Source of the DNA: Eledone cirrhosa
Lineage: Eukaryota
Assembly (NCBI GenBank): GCA_964016885.1
Contig: OZ024740.1
Location: 261,764,001-261,828,000 of the forward strand
DNA: 64,000 nt
Direction: 5' to 3'
The translations under genes and the position numbers were made by a program. The notes under the pieces were generated by a model, which made no database searches, was not told the DNA's origin, and saw only the letters and a program-made list of their open reading frames with translations. Shown here one piece after another: positions 28,089 through 42,534 of the stretch; the first letter of the stretch is position 1, and each line of letters starts with the position of its first letter.

Positions 28089-31000
28089 GTTTTCTTTATT
28101 AACCACAAGGGTTTACATAAAGTAGACATTAAGGACAGTACAGGACAATACAGGACGGTACAAATGTGCATTTCTGCGTGTAAAAAAACAAGAAACAGAG
28201 GATGTAATAATAGAACAATGAAAAAAATTCCCCAATAGGGGGGAAACTTCCGAGGGACATTCGTGGAGAAAGCCTATTAAAAAGCCACAGTGACCCTGAC
28301 CACTAGGGCAAGTGCCCTCTCCCAGTTTTCCACCTTTAATTTACAGACACATACTCAGAGTAGGACCATTCACTCAAGCTAATTCTTGCCTCTCTCACCC
28401 ATCTTTCAACAAAATGCTGGGAAGAGAGGACTTCCCTTTCTACCCTGATTTTCCTTTTCAAGTGAAATTTGAAAAAGTTAATCAGGGCATCACCGAAGAG
28501 GTAAGTGCTCGTCTTCAGCCCTTTCAAACGTGTCCACCATACTATCTCTTTCGCCATGGCCACCAGACAGATAAAAACCGCCTGCCCTTCCCGGCTAAAG
28601 AAAGAGGGCGGGGCAATCCTCACGATGGACTCAGCTGATAGCTAGATCCATCCTACACGCGACAGCAGGTGTTCGACATAAACCCACAAGTCAGCAATGC
28701 TCGGACACTGGACGAGTGCGTGCAGGACGATTTCGTCGCCCTGCGCACATCTCGGACATGCCCGACTGACGGCACCTCCATGCCTGTAGAGTTTATCCCG
28801 AATTGGCAAAGCTCCTCGGTAGCACTGCCAGGCCAGGGATTTCTGGAAGTTGTCCATAGGCCCCGGCCCGAAAGTTCTTCCGAAGAGATTGGCTAGTTAA
28901 TTTTCGTCGACGCCTAGAGTTTCCCCAAGTATGTCATCGCTATTCCCCTCCACTAATGCTCTATAGAACGCCAAGGTGGAGTTTCCACCGATCACATTGC
29001 CCGATTGGTCGATGGCTGTGAGCGCCTGAAGACATTCCAGTCTCCAAGCGCTCCCTCTCGGTCTTCGCTTGACCCAGGACTGTAGCTCCGTCAAGGAGAC
29101 GAGCTGCGGAAAGACGCGTCTAGCAAACGGCGACCACACCTGATCACCGTCGAAGAAGAGGTGGAGATGTCGTAGCCTGAGCGCGTGTCTGCGCATCATC
29201 AGCCACGGCATTCCCAGCCCTCCACGTAGCGGGTGTTGACAGCAGATGGACCGCCTGACCATCGGAGCGCGTCCCTTCCACAAAAAGCGAAAGAGCAAAC
29301 GCTCCAGCGCAGTCAGGCGGGGCTTGGGACAAGGTACGACGGTCAGGCGGTAGTAGATGACGGACGCGATATACGCGTTAGCCACCTCCGCTCGACCTTT
29401 CAGGGATAGCTTCCTCTCGGCCCATTTCTGGGTGAGAGAAGCCACCCTGCTCGTCGCCTCGTCCCAGTTTTTGTCCGTCTGGAGGTCCGGACCGAAGCAG
29501 ACCTCGAGCAATTTAACCGGTCCGTCCGTCCAGCGCCCGACTTCGCTGTTGGACGGCATGGACCTGCCTCTCCAGATGCCGAGCTGCAGGCCCACTAACT
29601 TTTCCTGGTTGATCATTGCTCCTGTCACCGCTTCGTATTCTCTTAGTGTAGGACCGATCGCCTCGATGTGTTTGGCGTTCGACACCACTACGGTGACATC
29701 GTCCGCATACGCTGACACGGATCTTCCGCATCCTAGTTCGCGCGGGACCCCCCTCAACGTCTCCAGTTTGTGCAGTAATGGCTCGAGAGTCAATACGTAC
29801 AAGAGTGACGAGAGGGGACATCCTTGGTGGACCGAGCGCATGATGTTGAACGGTTCCGAAAGGTGACTGTTCACTCTCACCACAGAGCAGATGTCGCTGT
29901 GCATGGCAGCGATCCAGCATCTGAAGACAGGCCCAAAGCCAGCCGCCCTCAGGACTGCCGCTAGGTAACGATGGTCGACCCTATTGAAAGCTTTCGACTG
30001 ATCTAAATTGATCAAGGACCCACCCGTGAGAGGTTCCCTAGCTACCCTCTCTACGATGTATCGCATGAGGTGGAGGTTGTCGTGGATGGATCTGTCGGGA
30101 ATGGCGCATGTCTGCGCCTCTCCCATCAGACCACCAACGACAAGTGCTAACCTCTTTGCTAGCACCTTGGCCAAAATCTTGAACGTGTTTAGCAGAGTTA
30201 TGGGCCTAAAATTATCTATGTTATCCCCCTTGTTCGGATCCTTTCTCAGCAGCGCCACAGCTCCTCGGCTCACAGAGCTGGGAATTCTCCCGTTCTGTTG
30301 CCAGTTGCAGTAGACGTCCGCTAAGAGGCCTCCGAACAAGTCTGGCATCTGTACGTAAAGTTTATAGGGCAGACCATCCAAACCAGGCGATTTACCCCTT
30401 GTGCAGCCAGTCATTGCCTCCAGTACTTCAGCGGCTGTTATCGGCTTTTCGCAACACTCCGCCTCAGTGGCCGAGAGCCGCGGCAGTCCGTCGAGGTAGA
30501 CACTAAAGTCCATCCCTCGATCCGGCCCGCCGCTGCCCCCGAACAGCTGAGAGAAGTGTCGCTGAAAAGCTTTACACATTTGCCCGGGATCGAGTAGCAT
30601 TCGCCCGTCGTGGTACACCAAAGACCGGATCGTGGATTTGTTGCCACGACGCGCCTCCGCCACTCGGGCCCATTGAACGGTTCGTCCCCTCGTGTCTGAG
30701 AGCACGCACCCTAGCTCTGACAACGCAGCCTTCGTGCTTTGCATTGAAGAATTGGTCAAGGGCCAATTTCGCCGCAAGTACGTCGGTCGCGATGCCTTTG
30801 CTAAGCGCCTCGTCTAATTTTCTAACTAATTCTCCCTCTGCTCTATGTTTCTCTATTGCTAAAGCCTTACTAAACCTAATGGACTCTATTCTAATCGCTC
30901 TATTCAGAGCAAACCACCACGTGTTGTTAACGATGGCTCTCGTCAACGCCCGCTTAACTAGTTCGCTAATCCGGTCTCTGTAGGCCTTGCGTGCTGGTAG

Positions 31001-33763
31001 GGCGCGTTTAGCTTCCAGTAGCCGGGTCCTCGTCTATGAAGCCTATCTAAGTCAAGCACACAGATCACGAATTTGTGGTCCGTGTAGCTAACTATCTTGA
31101 ATTGTGGACAGCCTATGCTAGACCTATCTATTTCCCTACAAAATACTCTATCTAGATATGATCTGGATGACCCTATGCGATTTGTCCAATTCCACATTGG
31201 CACATTCGGGAAATCCAATCGGTACCCGTCGGACAGTTCAAAACGCCTGAGCAGGTGGATGAGGCTCTTGCACCCTCCTCCCCTATCCGCTAATCCCACA
31301 CATTCCCAGCGTGCATCTAAGATGCCGTTCCAGTCGCCCACTAACACTGAAAAGTGGGACGTTCCAAGAAAGATCTCCAGACGCCGGAAGAAATCAGGCT
31401 GCCCTGCTCCTGTCGGGGCATAGACGGCCACTAGCCTGAAAGCTTGCCCGTCTCCGCTGGTCACGTCCAGCACCACCAACTTACTCTCTGGGTCAAGGAA
31501 GATGGCCCGTATGGCGAGATCCAAACCTCTCCGAAAAAGCTCAGCAACTCCTCCCCCCGATCCCGGACGGCTGGGAGATGCGTACACATCGTAGCCGCTG
31601 AAGATCGGTGCGAAGGCCCGTGCTTCGGTGATTCTGGTCTCGCTGATGTCCACTACATCTATGTTTAGTGACCTGAGGTCGTTGAGCAGGTGGCCCTGCT
31701 TTCATGACGACCCCAAGCCACGCGCATTTATGCTGCCTATTCTGAGTGAGGTCATGTTGAAATGGAGTGGAAAAGATGGGAAAGAACACTTACCTTACTT
31801 CTCGTAGAGGAAGGATGGTTTCTCCATCCTTTTCACTGCTTCTGGCCTCCTCCGGAAGGATGTCCTTATAAATCCTCCTGGAGAGTGCTTGTCGGAAGTC
31901 TCTGGGGAATTTTTGTTTTATTGTCGTGTACGTTTTCTGTGTGATGCGAGTGATTTGTATGTGTGGAGGTGGTGTCAACATTTGGGTTGTTGTGTAGTCT
32001 TTTTCTGTGATGCTGGTGTTGTGTTGGATGTAGTGTAATAATTGGTTGTTCAAATTTATTGCTGTAGTGTGTATAGTTTTGGTTGTTTTGTTTTGTTTGC
32101 GTTTGTTGTGGGTTTGTTTCTGTTACGCTTTTTGGTGACTTTTGTGGTGTTGGTGATGGTGGTGTTGGAGTTAATGATGGTGATGGTGTTGGTGTTTGTG
32201 GTGATGGGGTTGGTGATTTGGTGTGGATGGTGGCATAGCTGTCCTAAATTTTTTGTTTGATAGTTTATTTGTTTCCCTCTGTATTTTGTTTTCGGAGGGG
32301 GAAGGAAGAGGATTTTTTCTTTTTTGGTTTCTTTTTCTTTTTTTCATTTTTCCTGATTTTGCTACTGTTGCTGGGGTTGTTGCTGTTACAGTTGCTTCTG
32401 CTATTGCTGCTACAGTTGTTGCTGCCATTTCTGCTGCTGGTGGTGTTGATGGTTGAGTCACTGGGGTGGGTAAGAGAGGTGGCCTCAACCTTTTAGCCTG
32501 AGGGCAGAAAGCCCTTAGGTGGGTTCCTTCACCATAAACGAGACACCTAGGCCTTCTGCCCTCGACGATTACGGTGAGGTGGCTGCCGCCAGTGAGGTCT
32601 ATTACCTCTGGGAACTCCTCAATGCTTTTTTGGTCTGCTTGGATCAGGAGCTCCATCCCAGATCCGGACCAGTTCTCCTGCTTTTCTTTCGCTATTTTGA
32701 TTATCTTGGTGTTGGCCTCGATGCCGGCTAGGACGGCAGCCATTAGCCAGGGAATTTCGATGGCCGGTGGAACGTGGGTCACCCTGATCTTCACGAGTCT
32801 CTGGCCACAAGAGCTTGGGACGAGTGTGAAGTCGTCACTTCTTAATGGGGCCATGGAGTATTCTTTGGCCTCCTGTGGTTTTCCAAAGAACACGTCCACG
32901 GTTCCATATTTCTGCCCACGTCTGATGTGGGGTTTTTTTGCCCACACATGTCCCAAGCTTTTTTGATTTGGGACTCGGATGCCCGTTCCACTCGGCGCGA
33001 TTTTATGTTAATCGTCCGATAAGATACGGTGCATAGGCGCCGATGCTCCATTTTATTAGGTGTGTGTGGGGGTGGGTGGGTGAGGCTGTCCCTGTACCCA
33101 TCTTTCTTTACCATTCCCTTGGCTTCATCTAATCCCTCCTGAGTTACCTGGATTGCTTCGCACTTTTTTGCTACTCTGGCAAAAGACAGGGTGGTTTTCT
33201 TTTTCTCATTGTTGTTGTTGCTGTTGTTGTTATCGTTATTTTTGTTATTGTTATTTTTAGTTTCAGTTGTGGTGGTGGCGGTGGCGTCAGTGGTGTTCGA
33301 TGTGGAAGAGTCCATTCTGGGGAATCCATTTCGATGTCACGAGATAATTTATTTTTTTCTTTTGTTTCTGCTGTCGCTGTGGTGGTGGTGGTGGTGGCGG
33401 CTTCAACATCTGCAGTCATTGGTAATAGCGGGAAATGAATGTCTGCATGAGTCAAATTTAAATTATTGCTACTGCATATATTTTTAGTGTTGGCAAACGT
33501 AGTAATATTTACGATGGTGGTGTCGGGGTGAGGTGTTAGTTTGTGAGGAAGGTGTGACTGTGAGTCGTCCATGATTTTTTTCATAGAAATTTTTGTTTGA
33601 TAATTATAAAAGTTTAAATTTTGAGTGTCCTTTTCTGAAAGCAAATTTTGTGACCTTATAAATAGTTAACAACAAAAATGTTCCATAAATGGCAATTTTA
33701 AACAAACGAAAACAACAAACCTTTGCGGAGCTCAAGATGATACGATTTCCTACGTAGGTCGCC
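28089..33763 (-). mobile_element. Full-length Tx1-like (L1 group) non-LTR retrotransposon, copy 1, decayed; flanked by (TTA)n on its sense strand
   Basis: ORF1 pieces 33644-31790. ORF2 pieces 31756-28336 give the APE (INARGL, VGDWN, SYLDR, TDHK), RT (QGCPLS, YADD) and C-terminal CPRC..H..C. AATAAA before the tail; 5' end GGCGACCTACGTAGG. Confidence 0.92.
28897..30777 (-). pseudogene. Tx1-like ORF2 RT fragment (copy 1)
   Basis: KSPGLDG, FRPITLLN, LDQSKAF, QGCPLS, YADD; stops and frameshifts on both sides. Confidence 0.9.
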
Positions 33764-33802
<39 letters not shown>

Positions 33803-33803
<1 letters not shown>

Positions 33804-36800
33804 GAAGAAGACGCACGAGGTGGCGGAGGTCATGAAATCGCTCCCGTAAGTTTTGAATTTTTAACATATTTAAATCATTTGTGAAATAACAACTCTTAGT
33901 ACAAATGCTACGTAAAGCACCCGGCTTGAGTCCCAAAAAATTCGGACCCAAAATATATTGTTATAAGGCTCAAATATTCAAATATTCAACTTTGTATTGT
34001 ACACTGTATATCCAAAAAAGAAAATGGCTATAAATGGAAGAAGAACGCCCCCCCCCTTCTCTCCTCTGTCTACACTATATAGAACAGCCAAACTCAACAA
34101 CACCAGAAACTAGATACACCACCCACCTCATCACCTGTGTACACTAAACACAACAGCCAGATAACGGCATTTTCACCACCACCGCTCACTACTGCCATCA
34201 TTACCACCACTATTCCATCACCGCCGCCACCACCCCTTCACTCCTTCACTGCTACCACCGCTACAACACCATCACTACAGTAATACGACCACATCACCAC
34301 CACCACTGCCTCGGTATCGACATCACCACCACCACTGTCTCAGTATCGCTACCGCCGCCAGTCTCCCACTTCTCCCTGCTGGCTGCTGCCACCACATTAT
34401 AGAATTCCTACTACTAAAAAAGAGGAAGGCATCAAATATATAGATAGACTCAAAAAAAAAAGAAAAAACAAACAACAAAACCAAAGCAGCACAGCAACAA
34501 CAGCAAAAAACGAGAAAAACAAACAGAGAAAAACAAAAACAAAAAAAACAAAAAACGTAAAGAAAATAAGAATGAAGAGAGAAGCAGGCGGACGGACAGA
34601 GAAGAGGGGGAAAAAACTAAAACTAAAAAAACAAAAACTAAGTCAGACATTCGAACACTACATTACAATGAAACTTATGCTTATTCATTTTTGGGGCCCT
34701 TTCTGCCTGTGTGTTTGTTTGTTTATGTGTGTTCGTATACAGCGTGGTGATAATGCCACACAAGGGCCAAGTGGAACGGCGAATCCACAGATGGCAATGT
34801 AACCATACATTCGCCAATCCTCGATAAGAGTGTTTAAATATCGAACATAAACAGTTCGAATAACGGTGAAATGGAGACTAGAACGTCATGTGACAGACTC
34901 TCACCCAACAGGTGCCCCCTGGCTCAGCAGCAGGAACCTGACTGTCAACCAAATACTGCTGATGTTGGAGGAAGAAGAAGAAGGAAAGGGGCCAGAACCA
35001 ACTGGACGAAAGAATTGAATAGAACTGTTATGCAATGTTACCTGAAAAGTAACCCCAAGGAGAGGGGCTACAGGAGACGGATGCATAACATCTGGAACGA
35101 GATTGGTCTATTTAAATTAGATGAACAAAAATTGGCCGGGCAGGCTCGGGTAATAAGAACTAATGGGTGGATAAGCGAGCTGGAACTGGAGGAACTGAGC
35201 AGAGAGAATGGCTTGGAGATGGCGGGTGTAGTATGCCAGACAAGCGAGCCAGTGGGAAATGAAGGTGAAGAGGTCCTGAGAACGGAGGAACCACCCGAAG
35301 CAGACAATGATCTGAATACTGAGATAAATAATACCTGGAACAGAGATACGGCCACTGAGGAGATGAATGTTGACGGGCTAGGGCAAGATTCGGTTGACAT
35401 CCTAAATTTAGTGGTAGATGAATTGAACAATAATCGTGGGAGACCTATGAACCTAAGATTTGTAGACAGGAAAAAGTTAAAAGAAACAACAGCTAAGGTA
35501 AACAAAGTCATCCCATACCTTGAGGCGAGGAGCCTTCACCAGTGCAACAATATCCTCAAAGCAACAGCAAATACGGTGAGGAAACTACTTGGTATAAAAG
35601 CGAGAGGAAACAACAGACAAGAAAGAGCAGAGCCGTGGTGGAAGAAACGACTGAGTGGTCAAATCGGGGAAATGAGAAATGACATAGGAAAGCTTGAGTC
35701 ACTACTGAATGGGACACTAAAAAACATAGGCACTAAAAATAGACTGGAAATAAAGTACAAAACTAGGAGGAAAAAGCTAAATATTATCATAGAGGAACTG
35801 AAGCAACGCATTGTAGCAAAGAGTGCAAAAATCAAGTGATACGAGAACAGAGTCAGTCAGTATAAACAGAACCGCAGATGCTGTTTGGACAGCTTGAGGG
35901 GAAAGAAAGAGGCAACGACTTGATCCCTGGGGCGGAGCAAACTAAAACATTCTGGAGAGGAATATGGGAGCAGGATGTTAGACATAATGTCCAGGCAGGG
36001 TGGATTGAGACAGCACAGAGGGAGATCGGTGAGCAGGCACACCAACAAACTGATTTGAGTATCACAGTTGAAACTCTTAAGGGGCAGGCCAAAAAACTAA
36101 CCAACTGGAAATCACCAGGCCCAGATGGTGTGCAGGGGTATTGGATTAAAAATTTAACATCCCTCCACCCGAAGCTGACGGCCATGTTCAATGACTGCTT
36201 GGTGTCGGGTGAGGTGCCAGAGTGGTTGACAAAAGGTACCACAGTTCTGATAATGAAAGACCGAATCAAGGGTAATGATGTTACCAACTATAGACCTATC
36301 ACATGTCTGTCCGTAATGTGGAAACTGTTGACGAGCATTGTGTCTGAGGAAATCTACCATCACCTCCACACAAACAACTTGTTACCGGACGAACAGACGA
36401 AGTCTCGTGGTACAAAGGACCAGTTACTTATTGATAAGATGGTAATGGGGAATTGCAGGAGGAGACACACTGATCTTGCCATGGGATGGATAGACTACAG
36501 AAAGGCATTTGACATGGTGCCTCATTCTTGGATCACCAAAAGCCTGGAGATCTTCAGGGTGGCAGATAACATCAGACAGTTGCTGGGCAGGAGTATGCGG
36601 TCCTGGGAGACAGAGTTGACATCAACTGGAGTATCCTTGGGAAGCGTGAAGATCAAGAGAGGTATCTTCCAGGGAGATAGCCTGTCCCCTCTGTTGTTTG
36701 TCCTTGCCCTGATGCCCTTGACCATTATGCTGCGAAAAGTGAGAGCAGGATACAAGTTGGGAAAGGGAGAGCTTACTATCAATCACCTCCTCTTCATGGA

Positions 36801-38308
36801 CGATCTTAAGCTCTTCGGGAAAAGTGAGAAGGAGTTGGATGTGCTTGTTGACACTGTCCGTATTTTCAGCAGTGATATATGTGTATGCAGTTTGGTATTA
36901 GTAAATGTGGAGTCATTGTGATGAGGAGGGGTAGGTTGAGCAGAAGTAACGGGATCCAGATATCAACAGGTGAGATGATAAAGGAAATTGACTCTGAGGA
37001 AGGATACAAGTATTTGGGCGTTCTGGAGGCTGATGGCATAAAGAACAAAAAAATGAAGGAATTGTGAAGAACTGAATACATTCGGAGAGTAAGGAGCGTA
37101 TTGAAGTCACATCTGAACAGCAGAAATGCCATAAGCGCAGTAAATTCCCGAGCTGTGTCTATTATTAGGTACAGTGCGGGAATTCTGAGATGGAATGTTG
37201 CTGAACAAAAAGAAATGGATAGGAAGACTAGGAAGCTATTGACTATCGACAACATGTTCCACAAGAGGAGTGATGTCGATAGACTCTACCTAAGGAGATC
37301 TGAGGGTGGAAGAGGTCTTATCAGCATAGAGAACTGTGTTCAGATGGAGAAAAACAACCTATACAAATACGTGACCTATAGTAAGGAGCCAATGCTCAGA
37401 ACTGTACTGAAGGAGGGGACAGTAGGCCAGGGGATGTCCAAGGAGGAAATAACATCAAGGAGGATGAGCAGCCTTAAGGGAAAATCCCTTCCTAGTACCT
37501 TCTTTGAGAAAACTGAATTTAGAGATCCACAGACATGGAACTGGTTGAGAAGAGGAGACCTCAACAAGGCTACAGAAGGAATGCTAATGGCTGCGCAGGA
37601 GCAGGCCCTCAAAACGAAGTGGTTGAAGCACCATATTTACAAGGAGGAGGCTAGCCCACTGTGCAGGATCTGTGGAGAGAGAGAGGAGACTGTGGCTCAC
37701 ATTGTGTCCGAGTGTAAACACCTAGCCCAGACCCACTATAAGGGCTGGAGACACGATGTGATGGGCAGGGTGATCCACTGGCACCTGTGCAAAGTAAACA
37801 ATTTACCACATTCTGAGAAATGGTATGAGCATAGGCCAGAGGCGGTGATGGAGAACAATCAGGTGAAGGTGCTGTGGGATTTTAGGATACAGACGGACAA
37901 AAAACTGGAACACAATAGACCTGACCTGGTGGTTGTGGACAAAGAAAAAAGATCGTGTCTGATTGTGGATGTGGCCTGCCCGTTCGACACGAGAGTGCAA
38001 GAGAAGGAGAGGGAGAAAATTAACCGATACCAGGACCTAAAGTGGGAGGTGAAAAGGATTTGGAACTGCCATGAAGTCAAAGTGATCCCGATTGTCATAG
38101 GCGCACTGGGGACTATCTCCAAAAGTTTCCAGGGATGGTTAAAGAAAATCGGCCCCTTCACGCTTTTTGGAACGCTTCAAAAGGCATGCTTGCTGGGAAC
38201 AGCAAGAACCCTACGATACGTCCTGAATATCTGAGGCTGCAGGTAGTGGCTTGATATTCATTCCAACGGACTTTCCAGTTAACCAACATCAATGACTGAG
38301 ATTCAAGG
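33803..38308 (+). mobile_element. Full-length R4/Dong-like RLE non-LTR retrotransposon family A, copy 1 (ORF disrupted)
   Basis: ~1.07 kb 5'UTR. ORF pieces 34871-38234 give Myb-like RTNWTKELN, RT (QGDSLSP, FMDD), CRIC..H..C, RHD, RPD..D..K. (AAT)n on both sides. Confidence 0.93.
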
Positions 38309-38317
38309 AATAACAAC

Positions 38318-38372
<55 letters not shown>

Positions 38373-39150
38373 TTTTCTTTATTAACCACAAGGGTTCACA
38401 TAAAGTAGACATTAAGGACAGTACAGGACAATACAGGACGGTACAAAAGGGCATTTCTGCGTGTAAAAAAACAGAGGTTGAAATAAAATAACAAAGAAAA
38501 ATTCTCCAATAGGGGGGAGACTTCCAAGGGACATTTGTGGAGAAAGCCCATTAAAAGACCACAGTGGCCCTGACCACCAGGGCAAGTGCCCTCTCCCAGT
38601 TTTCCACCTTTAATTTACAGACACATACTCAGAGAAGGCCCATTCATTCGGGCCATACTTGCTTCTCTCACCCATCTTTCAACAAAATGCTGGGAAGAGA
38701 GCACTTCCCTCTCTACCCTGATTTTCCTTTTCAAATGAAATTTGAAAAAGTTAATCAGGGCATCACCGAAGAGGTAAGTGCTCGTCTTCAGCCCTTTCAA
38801 ACGTGTCCACCATACTATCTCTTTCGCCATGGCCACCAGACAGATAAAAACTGCCTGCCCTTCCAGGCTAAAGGAAGGGGCGGGGCAATCCCCACGATGG
38901 ACTCAGCTGATAGCTGGATCCGTCCTACACGTGACAGCAGGTGTTCGACATAAACCCACAAGTCAGCAATGCTCGGACACTGGACGAGTGCGTGCAGGAC
39001 GGTTTCGTCGCCCTGCGCGCATCTCGGACATGCCCGGCTGACGGCACCTCCATGCCTGTAGAGTTTATCCCGAACTGGCAAAGCTCCTCGATAGCACTGC
39101 CAGGCCAGGGATTTCTGGAAGTTGTCCATAGGCCCCGGCCCGAAAGTCCT

Positions 39151-41715
39151 TCAGAAGAGATTGGCTAGTTGATTTTCGTCGACGCCTAGAGTTTCTCCAA
39201 GTACGTCGTCACTCTTCCCCTCCACTAATCCCCTATAGAACGCCAAGGTGGAGTTTCCACCGATCACATTGCCCGATTGGTCGAGGGCTGTGAGCGCCTG
39301 AAGACATTCCAGTCTCCAAGCGCTCCCTCTCGGTCTTCGCTTGACACAGGACTGCAGCTCCGTCAAGGAGACGAGCTGGGGAAAAACGTGTCTTGCAAAC
39401 GGCGACCACACCTGATCACCGTCGAGGAAGAGGTGGAGATGTCGTAGCCTGAGCGCGTGTCTACGCATCATCAGCCCCGGCATGCCCAGCCCTCCACGTA
39501 GCGGGTGTTGACAGCAGATGGACCGCCTGACCATCGGAGCGCGTCCCTTCCACAAGAAGCGAAAGAGCAAACGCTCCAGCGCAGTCAGGCGGGGCTTAGG
39601 ACAAGGTACGACGGTCAGGCGGTAGTAGATGACGGATGCGATGTACGCATTCGCCACCTCCGCTCGACCTTTCAGGGATAGCTTCCTCTCGGCCCATTTC
39701 TGGGTGAGAGAAGCCACCCTGCTCGTCACCTCGTCCCAGTTTTTGTCCGTCTGGAGGTCTGGACCGAACCAGACCCCTAGCAATTTAACCGGTCCGTCCG
39801 TCCAGCGCCCGACGACGCTGTTGGACGGCATGGACCTGCCTCTCCAGGTGCCGAGCTGCAGGCCCACTGACTTTTCCTGGTTGATCATTGCTCCTGTCAC
39901 CGCTTCGTATTCTCTTAGTGTAGTGCCGATGGCCTCGATGTGTTTGGCGTTCGACACCACTACGGTGACATCGTCGGCATATGCTGACACGGATCTTCCG
40001 CATCCTAGTTCGCGCGGGACCCCCCTCAACGTCTCCAGTTTGTGCAGTAATGGCTCGAGAGTCAATACGTACAATAGGGACGAGAGGGGACATCCTTGGC
40101 GGACCGAGCGCATGATGTTGAACGGTTCCGAAAGGTGACCGTTCACTCTCACTACAGAGCAGATGTCGCTGTGCATGGCAGCGATCCAGCCTCTGAAGAC
40201 GGGCCCAAAGCCAGCCGCCCTCAGGACTGCCGTTAGGTAACGATGGTCGACCCTATCGAAGGCTTTCGACTGATCTAAATTGATCAAAGACCCACCCGTG
40301 CCAGGTTCCCTAGCTACCCTCTCTACGATGTATCGCATGAGGTGGAGGTTGTCGTGGATGGATCTGTCGGAAATGGCGCATGTCTGTGCCTCTCCCACCA
40401 GACCACCAACGACAAGCGCCAACCTCTTTGCTAGCACCTTGGCCAAAATCTTGAACTCTGTGTTTAGCAGAGTTATGGGCCTAAAATTATCTATGTTATC
40501 CCCCTTGTTCGGATCCTTTCTCAGCAGCGCCACCGCTCCTCGGCTCACAGAGCTGGGAATTCTCCCGTTCTGTTGCCAGTTGCAGTAGACGTCCGCCAAG
40601 AGGCCTCCGAACAAGTTTGGCATTTGTACGTAAAGTTCATAGGGCAGACCATCCAAACCAGGCGATTTACCCCTTGTGCAACTAGTCATTGCATCCCGTA
40701 CTTCAGCGGTTGTTATCGGCTTTTCGCAACACTCCGCCTCAGTGGCCGAAAGCCGCGGCAGTCCGTCGAGGTAGACACTAAAGTCCATCCCTCGATCCGG
40801 CCCGCCACTGCCCCCGAACAGTTGAGCGAAGTGTCGCTGAAAAGCTTCACACATTTGCCCGGGATCGAGTAGCATGCGCCCGTCGTGGTCCACCAAAGAC
40901 CGGATCGTGGCTTTGTTGCCACGACGCGCCTCCGCCACTCGGGCCCATTGAACGGCTTTCGTCCCCTCGTGTCTGAGAGCACGCACCCTAGCTCTGACAA
41001 CGCAGCCTTCGTGCTTTGCATTGAAGAATTGGTCAAGGGCCAATTTCGCCGCAAGCACGTCGGTCGCGATGCCTTTGCTAAGCGCCTCATCTAATTTTCT
41101 AACTAATTCTCCCTCTGCTCTATTTTTCTCTATTGCTAAAGTCTTACTAAACCTAATGGACTCTATTCTAATTGCTCTTTTCAGAGCAAACCACCACTTG
41201 TTGTTGACGATGGCCCCCGTCAACGCCCGCTTAACTAGTTCGCTAATCCGGTCTCTGTAGGCCTTGCGCGCTGGTAAGGACGCGTTTAGCTTCCAGTAGC
41301 CGGGTCCTCGTCTATGAAGCCTATCTAAGTCAAGCACACAGATCACGAATTTGTGGTCCGTGTAGCTGACTATCTTGAATTGTGGACAGCCTATGCTAGA
41401 CCTATCTATTTCCCTACAAAATACTCTATCTAGATATGATCTGGATGACCCTATGCGATTTGTCCAAGTCCATATTGGTACATTCGGGAAATCCATTCGG
41501 TACCTGTCAGACAGTTCAAAACGTCTGAGCAGGTTGGTGAGACTCTTGCACCCTCCTTCCCTATCCACTAATCCCACACAATCCCAGCGTGCATCTAAGA
41601 TCCCGTTCCAGTCGCCCACTAACACTAAAGAGCGGGACGTTCCAAGAAAGGTCTCCAGACGCCAGAAGAAATCAGGCCGCCCTGCTCCTGTCGGGGCATA
41701 GACGGCCACTAACAT
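39151..41715 (-). pseudogene. Tx1-like ORF2 (APE + RT), largest uninterrupted piece, 854 aa
   Basis: VYAP, VGDWN, SYLDR, TDHK, RT motifs including VRQGCPLS and YADD. Confidence 0.92.
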
Positions 41716-42534
41716 GAAAGCTTGCCCGTCTCCACCAACTTACCTTCTGGGTCCAGGAAGATGGCCCGTATGGCAAGATCCAAACCTCTCCGAAAAAGCA
41801 CAGCAACTCCTCCCCCCGATCCCGGACGGCTGGGAGATGCGTACACATCGTAGCCGCCGAAGATCGGTGCGAAAGCCTGTGCTTCGGAGATTCTGGTCTC
41901 GCTGATGGCCACTACATCTATGTTTAGTGACCTGAGGTCGTTGAGCAGGTGGCCCTGCTTCCATGACGACCCCAAGCCACGCGCATTTATGCTGCCTATT
42001 CTGAGTGAGGTCATGTTGAAAAGGAGTGGAAAAGATGGGAAAGACCACTTACCTTACTTCTCGTAGGGGAAGGACGGCTTTTCCATCCTTTTCACTGCTT
42101 GTGGCCTCCTCAGGAAGGATGTCCTTATAAATCCTCCTGGAGAGTGCTTGTTGGAAGTCTCCGATGTCTTTGGGGAATTTTTGTTTTAGTGTCATGTACG
42201 TTTTCTGTGTGATGCGAGTGATTTGTATGTGTGGAGGTGGTTGTTAATTTTGGGGTTGTTGTGTAGTCTTTTTCTGTGATGCTGGTGTTGTGTTGGATGT
42301 AGTGTAATAATTGCTTGTTGTTCAAATTTAATGCTGTGTAGTGTGTATCGTTTTGGTTGTTTTGTTTTGTTTGCGTTTGTTGTGGGTTTGTTTCTGTTTC
42401 GAATTTTGGTGACTTTTGTGGTGTAGGTGATGGTGGTGCTGGGGATAATGATGGTGATGGTGTTGGTGTTTGGGTTGATGGGGTTGGTGATGCTGGTGTG
42501 GATGGTGGCATATCTGTCCTAACTTTTTTGTTTC

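Noticed and set aside
33803-33900. HDV-like ribozyme at the 5' end of family A (and GGCCGGC in the family B UTR)
   Set aside because: Could not assemble the P1/P1.1/P2/P3/P4 double pseudoknot by eye; a descriptor search is needed.
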